Counted from the whole stretch's first letter, positions 50,679 through 60,623 are shown. The stretch is DNA of 61,627 nucleotides, filler included, from Candidatus Babelota bacterium (GCA_017999075.1; 7 parts of 7 records of this genome joined end to end with filler, not necessarily neighbours in it), one strand, 5' to 3'. The notes: generated by a model not told the origin, from the letters alone. Numbers and translations: made by a program.

Positions 50679-51209
50679 TTAGTTAATAGTTTCTATAATA
50701 ATATTTGAATTAGTATAAATACATAATTCTGCAGTTATTTCAAGTGATTTTTTTACCACATCCTCTGCTGAAAGTTCCGTATTGTTTAAAAGCGCCTTAG
50801 CTGCGCTTAAAGCATAACCTGAACCAGAACCTATTGACACAACATTATCGTCAGGTTCTATAACATCTCCATTTCCTGAAAGCAGAAGCAAATCGTCTTT
50901 TGTGCATGATATAAGCATAGCTTCCAATCTTCTAAGTATCTTATCGGTGCGCCAATCTTTAGTAAGTTCAACAGCAGCCCGTTTTAAATTTCCGTCATTT
51001 TTTTCAAGATAACCTTCAAATTTCTCAAATAAAGTTAATGCATCAGCAGTAGAACCGGCAAAACCAACAAGAACCTTCCCTCCAAGCAGTTTTCTTATTT
51101 TCCTGGCAGTTGATTTCATTACTATATTTCCAAATGTAACTTGACCGTCTCCGCCTATTGCAGTTATTCCATTTTTTTTTACTGCAATTATTGTTGTTCC
51201 TTTAAACAT
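50679..51209 (-). CDS. hslV: ATP-dependent protease subunit HslV
   Basis: [10 protein letters not shown] (catalytic Thr), [31 protein letters not shown] upstream of 51209. Confidence 0.97.
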   Translation of the reverse strand: MFKGTTIIAVKKNGITAIGGDGQVTFGNIVMKSTARKIRKLLGGKVLVGFAGSTADALTLFEKFEGYLEKNDGNLKRAAVELTKDWRTDKILRRLEAMLISCTKDDLLLLSGNGDVIEPDDNVVSIGSGSGYALSAAKALLNNTELSAEDVVKKSLEITAELCIYTNSNIIIETIN

Positions 51210-51575
51210 AAAAGAACCTCCGTACAGAATATTCCAAAGAAAAAACAAACAAATTTTATCCAAAAGTAAAATATCTCAATGAGATTAAGAAACTGTTTCA
51301 AAAATATATTCATATATTTTTTTACAAAATTAACTTATGGTTTATCAATATATAAATTTTATAAAAAATGACAGAAATGCCATTTGTAAACGTTCCCTTT
51401 AAATACTTTTTCGTGGTTCGATTTCAATTTTCATTTTAATATAATTTATTAAAATAAAAAACTCAATAATTTTATTCCCCTAAAAAAAACAAAATTATTT
51501 TAATTTTAATTTTTAAATTATTATAAAAATAATTTATTGAATTAAAAGAACTTAAAATAATTGTAAAATATTAAT

Positions 51576-51602
51576 TTAAGATTTCAGTTTTTTTACCGAT
51601 AT
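51576..51602 (+). promoter_or_regulatory. Sigma28 (FliA/SigD) promoter of the flagellin gene
   Basis: TTAAGATT-N11-ACCGATAT matches TAAAGTTT-N11-GCCGATAA; about 90 nt upstream of the flagellin ATG. Confidence 0.75.
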
Positions 51603-51627
51603 AATATATGATATTAAGTATATAAAA

Positions 51628-51686
51628 TTATGATGGAACGGAATCTATCATAAATTGTATTTGTTTATTATATATCACGGAGGATA
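51628..51686 (+). promoter_or_regulatory. Two putative CsrA-binding hairpins in the flagellin 5' UTR
   Basis: TTATGATGGA-[ACGGAA]-TCTATCATAA (51628-51653) and TATC-[ACGGAG]-GATA (51673-51686, overlapping the SD); both have ANGGAN hexaloops. Confidence 0.72.
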
Positions 51687-51690
51687 AGCA

Positions 51691-52913
51691 ATGCGGGTCA
51701 ACGGCAACCCCATATTTCAAGCTTCTCGTAATCTATACAACACATATAATGCTGTAAATAAATCTCTTACAAGAATATCAAGTTCTCAGCGTATTAATTC
51801 TGCCGGAGATGATGCCGCAGGATTAGCCGTAGGCACCAAATTCAGAACAAGGGTTCAAGGATTACAGCAAAGCATAAATAATTTGCAGGACGGCATTTCT
51901 CTATTGCAGACCGCCGAAGGCGGGCTTGAAAATATTTCTGATATGCTGCAGCGAATACGTTCTCTCGCAATTCAATCAGCAAACGGCAGTTTAAGCGATA
52001 ATGACAGATCTCTGCTTAATGAAGAAGCAGCGCAATTAGTCGATGAAATTGATAGAGCAGCAGAAACAGTTACATTCAACAATTTAGAACTGCTAACCGG
52101 ATATATTGATTGGACAGAATGGCAATCTAACGACGCGTTGAGAAATGTCACAGATGTAGGATTAATTGGTCCTACTACTTATGGAATATACAATGTTCAG
52201 CTTGACCAGGAAGCTTTAGCTGAAAAACAGACTTCTGATGTTATGACCGGAGAATTCAAAGAAGATGAAATTTTGATTCAAGATTCAGATAATATCGCGG
52301 TACCAACAGTAGCTTCCGGAAAATATGTATATGATTCTACCAGCGGTAATTGGACAGCAGATTTCAGCGCGACAAATGTTGAAATAATGCAATCAGTAAC
52401 TTCTGACGGCCTGGAGCTTGAAGAAGGCGTTGACTACACTTACACAAATGGGCAAAACGAAGCAGATGAATCAAATGGAATCATAGAACTTAATGTAAAT
52501 GCAAATACTACGCAAACAATAACAGCCGAATCTGCTGCCAGTGCCGGAGCTGATAAAATCAGCGTTCAGAATGTAATAACAAACTGGAATGTAGGTAACA
52601 CTCTGACAGTCGATGATGCTCTGGTAGGATTAGCCACTACTGGTCAGGCAGATCAAAATCAAGCAAATGGTTATTTATCTTATACGTTAGATACTGAAGA
52701 TTACAACAATAAAACAGGTTCTGGAGAATTTACCGTCGGAAATATTGCAGGTTCAACTCAAATTATAGATATAGCATCCCAAAATTCCGATATGCAGATA
52801 ACAGACGCAGCATTAAACTTTTTTGATGTGGACGCATTAACCGATACATCTGTTCAAATGAGCGGTTTTACATCTGCAAATTCAGGGTTTATCGGCTCTC
52901 AAATCACAGATAC
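51691..52913 (+). CDS. fliC: Flagellin with large variable insertion, 3'-truncated
   Basis: RISSSQRINSAGDDAAGLA, NLQDGISLLQTAEGGL, MLQRIRSLAIQSANG, EIDR...TFN..LL; sigma28 promoter upstream. Confidence 0.9.
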
Positions 52914-53013
52914 NNNNNNNNNNNNNNNNNNNNNNNNNNNNNNNNNNNNNNNNNNNNTTAATTAATTAANNNNNNNNNNNNNNNNNNNNNNNNNNNNNNN
53001 NNNNNNNNNNNNN
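52914..53013. other. Artificial contig linker
   Basis: N44-TTAATTAATTAA-N44. Confidence 0.99.
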
Positions 53014-53286
53014 TTAATTAATTTAACACTTGAAAATGATGCGCTAATAATTTTAAGTCACAATTACAGTCCAAACTGGAAATTAAAGGATAATAAGGAA
53101 AATGTGGGAATTTTGATGCGTAACAGGAATTTCATGGCGTTTTATGGAAAAAAAGGAGTTAATGAAATAGATTTTTTTTATTCTGATCCTCTTATAAAAA
53201 CAGGGTTGGGGATATGGGTTTTATCCGGAATAATTCTATTATTGTTTAGTATATTTTATTATTTCAAAAAAATAACGATTGCTTGA
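53014..53286 (+). CDS. C-terminal fragment of a YfhO-family membrane protein (5'-truncated)
   Basis: Open frame from the contig edge: LIILSHNYSPNW...N..FMA....G.NEI.F.Y.....GL.I followed by a terminal TM. Confidence 0.68.
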   Translation, partial: LINLTLENDALIILSHNYSPNWKLKDNKENVGILMRNRNFMAFYGKKGVNEIDFFYSDPLIKTGLGIWVLSGIILLLFSIFYYFKKITIA

Positions 53287-53315
53287 GATTAAGCTTTTTA
53301 ACATCAAATTATTTG

Positions 53316-53344
53316 TTGACAATAATCGTTATTGTAATTAAAAT
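53316..53344 (+). promoter_or_regulatory. Sigma70-type promoter, likely giving a leaderless transcript
   Basis: TTGACA (53316-53321)-N17-TAAAAT (53339-53344), then 6 nt to the ATG at 53351; no SD. Confidence 0.6.
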
Positions 53345-53350
53345 TCAGTT

Positions 53351-54133
53351 ATGAAAAAAATTAGAAATTTTATTTTAATACTATTGATTTTACAGGTGAT
53401 TTCCTGTTCGGACAGTAAAATAAATTTTAATGATTTGCGAAGCAGAATACAGGAATTAAAACAGAGAGGTTCTGGACAAAATACGGCTAATCTGCAGAAC
53501 ACAGTTAAAGAAACAGAAGAATTGTTGAACATTTGCCTGTCTGCTTTTGAAAATCAGTATCAGGCTCTAAGGTATCTCGGTGTTCAATGTTTACAGCGCC
53601 AAATGTATGATGCTGCAATAGAGAATTTAAATAAAGCTTTAAAAATTAAATCTGAAGATGCGGATTTGCATTATTATCTTGCTATAGCTTATGCAAACAA
53701 AGGTAAACGCGACAGTTCTTATAATTTTAAAGCAGAACAGGAATATAAAGAAGCGCTTATACTTCAGCCGAATAACAGTCTTGCTTTGTATTCGCTGGGA
53801 ATACTTTATTATTATCATTTAAATCAGAAAGATATGGCAATGGAAGTTATGAATAAGTCTTATCAGAATGCTGCAAAATATGAATATAAACCAAGCGCTA
53901 TGCTTGCCAGATTTTATCTTGAAAAAAATGAATTTGGCGAAGCAGTAAAATATTATAAGGATGCTGCTGAACGGGTTAGTTCTCCGAAAATTAAAGCTAA
54001 ACTATTATTGAATGCAGGAATTGTTTATCAAAAAATGAATGACAATATTAACGCTAAAATTTATTTTCAGAATTCTTTGAAATTAGATGATTCTCTTCAA
54101 GAAGCAAAAAATTTATTGTCTTTAGTTAAATAA
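53351..54133 (+). CDS. TPR-repeat lipoprotein
   Basis: Lipobox VIS-C after a hydrophobic leader; several TPR motifs (LG...A...L.KAL, YYLA..Y, ALYSLG). Confidence 0.85.
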   Translation: MKKIRNFILILLILQVISCSDSKINFNDLRSRIQELKQRGSGQNTANLQNTVKETEELLNICLSAFENQYQALRYLGVQCLQRQMYDAAIENLNKALKIKSEDADLHYYLAIAYANKGKRDSSYNFKAEQEYKEALILQPNNSLALYSLGILYYYHLNQKDMAMEVMNKSYQNAAKYEYKPSAMLARFYLEKNEFGEAVKYYKDAAERVSSPKIKAKLLLNAGIVYQKMNDNINAKIYFQNSLKLDDSLQEAKNLLSLVK

Positions 54134-54157
54134 CTTTGTCATCAAATATCAAATTAA

Positions 54158-55270
54158 ATGGATGATTTAACTGCCGCGTTGTTATTAAATTCGGTTAAGG
54201 AACTCGGTTGCCGGAGATTTAAAGAATTAGTTGATGCTTTCGGAAACCCGTCTTCTGTTTTTTCAGCTGATGATAAACAAATTAAAAAAGTAAGTCAGAT
54301 ATCGGAAATTTTGCTGTACAAAATCCGCAAACTGAAAATAAACGATGAAATAAAACAGATAATAGATAAAAGTTCTTCTCAAGGGTTTAAAATCATTTAT
54401 TACGGTTCAGAAAATTATCCTGAGAATTTGTCCGAACTTTATTCTCCGCCTTCTGTATTATATTCCACTAATTTTTTTCAGAAAAAAGATAAAATGTCAA
54501 TTGCAGTAGTAGGTTCAAGATTTGCTTCAAAATATGCTGTTTTAGTTACAGATGAATTTGTTAGAAAATTAACTGCTGCTGGATTTACAATAATAAGCGG
54601 TTTTGCTAAAGGGATAGATATAACTGCTCATACATCGGCTGTTGAATCAGGAGGAAGAACAGTTTGTGTATTGGGAACAGGACTTGACAGAAAATGTATA
54701 TATCCTGCTGAACATAAGTATTATTACGACAAATTTTTAAAAAATGAAAATGTGATTTTTTTAAGCGAATATCCGCCTGAAACCATAGCGTCAAAACAGA
54801 ATTTTCCGGCCAGAAACAGAATAGTCAGCGGGTTATCATTAGGTACACTTATTACTCAGGCAGGAAAAAAAAGCGGAGCTTTGATTACTGCAGGTATGGC
54901 TCTTGAACAAAACAGAGAGGTATTTGCAGTTCCTGACAGAATAGGTTTGATAAGCAGCATAGGCACTAATGAGTTAATTAAACTCGGTCATGCAAAATTA
55001 GTACAGGATGTTTCAGATATAATCGAGGAATTAAATATTTATAATAATTTGCTGAACAACGAACAACCCCTCAAACCGCAATATAAAAAAAATGAATTGT
55101 CTGATATTGAAGAAAAAGTTTTGTCTGTATTGACAGATACTCCTCAAAAATTATCTGAAATAGCGGAAACTCTTAATATGGATGAAAAAAATGTTAATGT
55201 GATTTTAATGAAACTTGAAATTAAAAATTTTGTATGTCAATTTCCAGGACATTTATTTTTTAAACAATAA
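54158..55270 (+). CDS. dprA: DNA-processing protein DprA (Smf)
   Basis: AVVGSR, SGFAKGID, FPARNRIVSGLS, SGALITA, REVFAVP; C-terminal winged helix. Confidence 0.96.
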   Translation: MDDLTAALLLNSVKELGCRRFKELVDAFGNPSSVFSADDKQIKKVSQISEILLYKIRKLKINDEIKQIIDKSSSQGFKIIYYGSENYPENLSELYSPPSVLYSTNFFQKKDKMSIAVVGSRFASKYAVLVTDEFVRKLTAAGFTIISGFAKGIDITAHTSAVESGGRTVCVLGTGLDRKCIYPAEHKYYYDKFLKNENVIFLSEYPPETIASKQNFPARNRIVSGLSLGTLITQAGKKSGALITAGMALEQNREVFAVPDRIGLISSIGTNELIKLGHAKLVQDVSDIIEELNIYNNLLNNEQPLKPQYKKNELSDIEEKVLSVLTDTPQKLSEIAETLNMDEKNVNVILMKLEIKNFVCQFPGHLFFKQ

Positions 55271-55346
55271 AAAAATATTTTCTTGAATTTTAGTTTTGAA
55301 TATTTATAATAATTTTTTTAATAAAAATATTTGCAGAAATTAAAAT

Positions 55347-58300
55347 ATGAATCAAGTTAAACCAAAATATAATTATATATATATAGAAATGCTGAATATA
55401 ATTTTATTAACTTCAATAATATTTGGAGTTGAAATTTATATTTCTCAATACAGCAACCCTGCCACTGAAGTTAAATTTTATTATCTTGGAATAATAAATT
55501 CAGTTTTAATGTTTTTTTCGGTTGTTCATTTTTACATAACCGGAAAGAAAACAAAATTTTTTTTGGGGAATATTTTTATTACAGTAGTAATTTATTTTTT
55601 TATTACGTCTTCGTGGTCAGAATACCGGCATGTGTCTTACCGGGCGATTCTTACATTTTTTACTTTTTTAATTTTATATTACAATTTTGTTTATAATATC
55701 GATAGTGATGTTAAAATTAAATTTCTTCTTACTGTTTTAATTACTGTAACTTCAGGAGTATGTTTTTTCGGATTGCTTCAGTTTGCCGGATATGATTTTT
55801 ATAAATGGGGAAGAGTTTATGAGTTATTCGAAGATATGAATATCCTCAGAATAATATCGTGTCAAGGTAATCCGAATTTTTTAGGAGTTTTTATAATATC
55901 AGTTTTTCCAATATTTATTGTGTTGGCATATAAAAAGTTTATAGGAAACATATATGCCTTGTCTGTTTTTTCTTTACTACTGCTATTTATAGCTGTTCAT
56001 TTTAGCATAGAATTATTTTATCAGTCGAACGGAATAGAAATAAATGTAGAACTTTTACTTGGAATAATAATGTTTTTGACGCTGTTGGTTATTTATTTTA
56101 TTAAAAAAAGTTGCGATAATGAAATTCTAAAACTGAAAATATTAAAATATCTGCCTGTAATTAATGTATTTATTTTTTTTGTAATTTTATTTGCATTGTT
56201 TTTTACTTACAATCGCGGCGGGTATGTGGGTTTTATAGTTGAACTTGCAATATTATTTTTTTTCCAGAGATATTATTTTAAAAAGAAAATACTGACCAAA
56301 TCAGTTATAAAGATTTTTTGTTGCGTTTTGGGATTGTTTTTTATTATTTATTTTTTAAGCTACAACTTCTCACATAAAATAGATTTAGTCGCTTATCGGT
56401 TATTAAACGTATCAAATTTTCAGCAGCCTGATGTTAAGATAAGGTTTTATTTATGGCAGGTAGCCCTTAATGTTATACGTCAAAATTATTGGTTTGGAAC
56501 AGGAATAGGAACTTTTATGAATTATTTTCCTTCGGAAATTACCGAAAACTGGAAATATATTTTTCCTAAACCTGATATGATAGTAGAATCAGCACACAGC
56601 GAACTTCTTGAAATATTACTGGAAACTGGAGTAATAGGTCTATTGATTGTGATAATAATGCTTTACAGGGTTTTTCATTTGAATATTAAACTAATTAAAG
56701 TTATTGAAGATGATTTTTATAAATATCTTTCAGTAGGAATATTGGCTTCATTATGCGGTATCTTGACTCACGCGTTATTTGAAACAAAGTTCAGATATGC
56801 ATCTACTGTTGTTCCTGCTGTTTTTTATATTGCAATAATTGAATACCTGGCTTCAAAATATTTATACTCGTCGAAATGCAGCTTGAAAAATAATATTACA
56901 AATCCAAATATGAAATCTTTTTTTGTAATAGGTTATACAGGCATTGCTGCAGTTATTTTAATATTGCTTTATCTTAAACCGCTGGCTTCAAATATATACA
57001 ATAATTTCGCTTCTATAGAAGTTAGGGTAAACAAAGAATCGTTTGATACTGCTTTAGAATATTTTGATAAATCTTTGTTTTTTGATGAATATAATGAAAT
57101 TTCTTTATACACCAAATTACGAGTATATGATTATAAAAGGGATTATACTAATGCAGAAAAAACTGTATTCAGACTTATGTCCATATCTCCATTTTTTAAA
57201 GATATAAATCAAATATATGGAGATATTCTGCTGAAACAGAATAAAATAAATGAAGCGAATTATTTTATAAATAAAGGATTGAAAGTTTCGCAGCCGTTTG
57301 ATTCTTATTATTTACTTAAAAGTCAGAGTTTGATTCAGGAAAAAAAATATGAACTGGCTGAAGAATTATTAAAAAAGAATTATTATAGAATAGAGAATAA
57401 AGGTTATCTGAATTATATGCTTGGAAAAATTTCAGAAATGGGGAATATGAAAGTTTCAGCTTATGAAAACTATAGAAATTCGATAAAAGCAGGGATTGAT
57501 AATTCAATAAATTATTATAATTTCGGTATATTTTTGTTGAAAGAAAAAAAAATAGATGAAGGAATATTTTATTTATACCTTGCCCGTATAATAGATTCTC
57601 AAAAACGATCAATAACTCCAGCGTTCTGGATGCAGGTATTTAATAAACTCAACCCGAATTTTGTTTTATCAAATCAGATTAAACCGTTTACAAAGATTAT
57701 GTATGTCAATTTAAAATTAATGCTGAGTTATCTTGAAAATACGGAAAATGATATAAATAATTTGAAAATGCAATTTTTAAATACAGAATACAAAGAACAT
57801 ATAATTTATTTGGAATTGAAGATGAATTATATAAAAAACAGGGGATTCTCAAAAAATCAGATTGAATTTATTTTAAACAATGAGATAAGTCCTGAATTGG
57901 TTTCAGCTGCAGTGAAGCAATTGGCTACTACTCCGGAAATACATAATTATTTTGATAAAATATTGCAGAAAATATCGTTATACGCAGGAAAAGATAAATT
58001 TAATATTGCTTTGATGTTAAATCTTGCTAAAGATTTTGAGAGTGCAGGAATTCCTGGAGCTTCGGAAAAAATTAAACAATTAGTAAATAATGTTACTCCG
58101 AAAAATTTTAAAAATGAAAAATATTTAAATAGTTTTGGGATAGTAGGATTTGATTTTAAAAATGAAAATGTTAATTCAGGAGAAATTAGGAAAATATTAC
58201 TGTATTTTGGTATTGATAACTCTCTTCCTTTGAAAATAAAAGGGCATTTTGAAATAGGAAATGATACATATCATTATGTTTTTAAAGACGAAAAAGAAGA

Positions 58301-59855
58301 TATGTTTATTAATCTTGAAGAATATAATTCAGGAGATGTAGTTAAAAAATATGTGGATCTCAGGTTTGATGAAAAAATTCCTACAGGCGAATATAATTTA
58401 AAATTTATCTATAAAATTGAAGAGAGCGATACTTTATATAACGATAATCTGTTATTAATAAAAAATGAATTTGTTTATGTTTTATCAGACATATCTGTTA
58501 CAGGAGATAAAAACAAAGAGCTTGAACGCAGAGCGGATTATTGTATAAAAAATATGATTTATGAAGAAGCGGCTGATATTTATTTTAACAAACTGCCGTA
58601 TGATTATAAAGATACAGATATAATTTTTCAGTTTAACAAATATAAACTTATTGTTTTGAAAAAAGATTATTCTGCTGCCGAGAAACAGAAAAATTTTATA
58701 GTAAACATGGGGAATAAAATTAAAAATGCTGTGCCTGTATCCATAATTAACCGAGATATATTTGATTTTTATTGGAATAAAATAAAATTTATAGATTTTA
58801 GACATGTAAAGAAGTCTGTAAATCCTGATGACTATGATTTTGTTAATTATGCAGGAATATTTGATTATGATTTGTGTGATTTGATTTACAAAAACAAAAA
58901 AAATAAACCTGTTTTTCTGAATTCTGAAGATAACGTTCCTATAGCTTATTATTTTTATAGAAACAAACCTGATTTTCAAGAACAACTTTTTTTTATCAAG
59001 TCTTGGTATGATTCAGTAAAAAATGATTTAATCAAAACCGGAAGTGAATTTAAACCGAATTCGATTTATTTCATAAACAGTTTTATAAATGAATTGTCGG
59101 TTTCGCGTTTAAAAAATAAAATTGAATTTATAATGACTGATTTTTATAAATTTTTGTATGATATTGCTATTAATGAAAATAGTAAAAGTACGGTTATTTT
59201 TAATGGCGAAAATCTTTTGTCAACATACAATTTTATTAATTGCCTTAATTCAGCCGGAAAAATTAAGGAAGCAGAATCTTTATTTGAAAAAATTGATTTT
59301 TATAACAAAAATAAAATGGATTATAAATCTGATATAGTTAAATTTTATCTTAAATCAAATGATTTTTCGGGGAATAAATTCCCTTACAAATATTTTGACG
59401 AAATAAACGATATTGTAAAAAAACATTCTGCAAACCAGTATATTACTAAAAATATTCTAAAAATTTCAGATAAATATTTTTTGCTTGACGATTCAAATTA
59501 TGAAATTTACGGAATAACCAATGAATTTAAAATTTTACAAAAAGATATAATATTATATCCGCCAAATATGATTAAAGTAAAATTAAAACTTAAATTTTAT
59601 AATTTATTCCCACATGAACTTCCAGTATCATTCGGTATAGGATATTTAGATTATTTTTCGGATTTTATAAATATTGATACCATAAATATTTATGGGAATT
59701 TTTTAAAAAATGAAATTATAAATTCAGAAAAACTTATACGCATAGATGAAAAATTGTATGAAAATATTAAAAACGGAAAATGCGAAATTAAAATTAATAA
59801 ATTTTGTTTAACTGATTATTTTTCTCCTTTTATCAGATTGAATTTAGTACAATAG
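55347..59855 (+). CDS. Large O-antigen ligase (Wzy_C)-family membrane protein with TPR repeats and C-terminal beta-sandwich domains
   Basis: Polytopic N-terminal ~540 aa with GNPNFLG, TYNRGG, R..LW, GTGIGTF and AHSELLE..ETG; then TPR helices and about 900 aa of soluble sequence. Confidence 0.82.
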   Translation: MNQVKPKYNYIYIEMLNIILLTSIIFGVEIYISQYSNPATEVKFYYLGIINSVLMFFSVVHFYITGKKTKFFLGNIFITVVIYFFITSSWSEYRHVSYRAILTFFTFLILYYNFVYNIDSDVKIKFLLTVLITVTSGVCFFGLLQFAGYDFYKWGRVYELFEDMNILRIISCQGNPNFLGVFIISVFPIFIVLAYKKFIGNIYALSVFSLLLLFIAVHFSIELFYQSNGIEINVELLLGIIMFLTLLVIYFIKKSCDNEILKLKILKYLPVINVFIFFVILFALFFTYNRGGYVGFIVELAILFFFQRYYFKKKILTKSVIKIFCCVLGLFFIIYFLSYNFSHKIDLVAYRLLNVSNFQQPDVKIRFYLWQVALNVIRQNYWFGTGIGTFMNYFPSEITENWKYIFPKPDMIVESAHSELLEILLETGVIGLLIVIIMLYRVFHLNIKLIKVIEDDFYKYLSVGILASLCGILTHALFETKFRYASTVVPAVFYIAIIEYLASKYLYSSKCSLKNNITNPNMKSFFVIGYTGIAAVILILLYLKPLASNIYNNFASIEVRVNKESFDTALEYFDKSLFFDEYNEISLYTKLRVYDYKRDYTNAEKTVFRLMSISPFFKDINQIYGDILLKQNKINEANYFINKGLKVSQPFDSYYLLKSQSLIQEKKYELAEELLKKNYYRIENKGYLNYMLGKISEMGNMKVSAYENYRNSIKAGIDNSINYYNFGIFLLKEKKIDEGIFYLYLARIIDSQKRSITPAFWMQVFNKLNPNFVLSNQIKPFTKIMYVNLKLMLSYLENTENDINNLKMQFLNTEYKEHIIYLELKMNYIKNRGFSKNQIEFILNNEISPELVSAAVKQLATTPEIHNYFDKILQKISLYAGKDKFNIALMLNLAKDFESAGIPGASEKIKQLVNNVTPKNFKNEKYLNSFGIVGFDFKNENVNSGEIRKILLYFGIDNSLPLKIKGHFEIGNDTYHYVFKDEKEDMFINLEEYNSGDVVKKYVDLRFDEKIPTGEYNLKFIYKIEESDTLYNDNLLLIKNEFVYVLSDISVTGDKNKELERRADYCIKNMIYEEAADIYFNKLPYDYKDTDIIFQFNKYKLIVLKKDYSAAEKQKNFIVNMGNKIKNAVPVSIINRDIFDFYWNKIKFIDFRHVKKSVNPDDYDFVNYAGIFDYDLCDLIYKNKKNKPVFLNSEDNVPIAYYFYRNKPDFQEQLFFIKSWYDSVKNDLIKTGSEFKPNSIYFINSFINELSVSRLKNKIEFIMTDFYKFLYDIAINENSKSTVIFNGENLLSTYNFINCLNSAGKIKEAESLFEKIDFYNKNKMDYKSDIVKFYLKSNDFSGNKFPYKYFDEINDIVKKHSANQYITKNILKISDKYFLLDDSNYEIYGITNEFKILQKDIILYPPNMIKVKLKLKFYNLFPHELPVSFGIGYLDYFSDFINIDTINIYGNFLKNEIINSEKLIRIDEKLYENIKNGKCEIKINKFCLTDYFSPFIRLNLVQ

Positions 59856-59864
59856 ATACAAAAA

Positions 59865-60623
59865 TTAATTTTTTAATATTATTTTATCTAACCCTATTTT
59901 ATCAGCGTTAATTGATAAATAAAGTATTTTGGCTGTGTTAATTTTTTTTATTTTTTCAATTCTCCGTATAAAATCATTATTACTGAAAATAAAATTATTG
60001 TTAAAAGTGAATTCGACTGAAATGTTATAATATTTTAATGGAGATGTTTTAATATTTCCAGATATTTTACCATTAATGTTGCCTGCGCTGTTGATCCTGT
60101 TGATTTTAATTCCGGCATTAGTTATTGAAATATCAAAAAGGAGTTCATCTAAAAAAATTTGAGGAAAGACTTTTCCAAAAGCTATTGACATTGAAATATC
60201 ATTCCATCCTGATTGTTCAGATATATTTATTTTTTGAAATAATCCGGATAAGTTTTTATAATTGCCGGAAATTAAAAACGATCCTGAACCAATTTTGATA
60301 CTGCCGTATTTTTCAATTAATTCAAGATTCGAAAAATCAATGTTAAGCTTAAAAATAAAGTATTTAAAAAATTTATAAGGTTTGACAGTCAAATTTTTAA
60401 TTTTTAGAACTATATCATTATTATTATGTTTAAATTCTGTATTTTTAAATTCAAATCCTATTGGAAAAATATAGGATATTCTGTCGCACAAAAATATATA
60501 ATCTGATTTTTTTAATTGTTTTACAATAACCGATTTTAAAATTATTGGTGATAAAAAAGGAATAAAAATTATTATTCCTATAAAAATCCAAACAGAAAAT
60601 TTAAGGATTTGACGGAATTTCAT
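59865..60623 (-). CDS. Hypothetical membrane-anchored beta-rich protein (possibly T2SS GspN/AsmA-like)
   Basis: N-terminal TM followed by beta-strand-rich sequence (FPIGFEF, G-x-I-x-G-x-I). Confidence 0.45.
   Translation of the reverse strand: MKFRQILKFSVWIFIGIIIFIPFLSPIILKSVIVKQLKKSDYIFLCDRISYIFPIGFEFKNTEFKHNNNDIVLKIKNLTVKPYKFFKYFIFKLNIDFSNLELIEKYGSIKIGSGSFLISGNYKNLSGLFQKINISEQSGWNDISMSIAFGKVFPQIFLDELLFDISITNAGIKINRINSAGNINGKISGNIKTSPLKYYNISVEFTFNNNFIFSNNDFIRRIEKIKKINTAKILYLSINADKIGLDKIILKN

Noticed and set aside
51210..51263. 18-residue N-terminal extension on HslV given by the ORF track
   Set aside because: A clear SD precedes the Met at 51209, so the extension is just an open upstream frame. 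The same applies to the longer starts listed for rnc and gspC.
51273..51285. Palindrome ATCTCA-A-TGAGAT upstream of hslV as a heat-shock operator
   Set aside because: It does not match CIRCE, HAIR or CtsR sites, and it is short enough to occur by chance in AT-rich DNA.
51412..51425. GTGGTTCGATTTC resembling a tRNA T-arm in the hslV-fliC intergenic region
   Set aside because: No acceptor stem, D arm or anticodon arm can be built around it.
8806..53013. TTAATTAATTAA recurring about every 8.7 kb within N runs
   Set aside because: Synthetic six-frame-stop linker, not a biological repeat. ORF tails ending in X...N or X...LIN are artefacts of it.
113..58985. Many short antisense or alternate-frame ORFs (for example 7632-8051, 9935-10294, 15882-16229, 29755-30066, 42216-42551, 58485-58985)
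   Set aside because: They lie inside well-supported genes and have no motifs; they are shadow ORFs.
51691..59855. Flagellin next to glycosyltransferase-like genes, suggesting a flagellin glycosylation island
   Set aside because: They are on different contigs (linker at 52914-53013).
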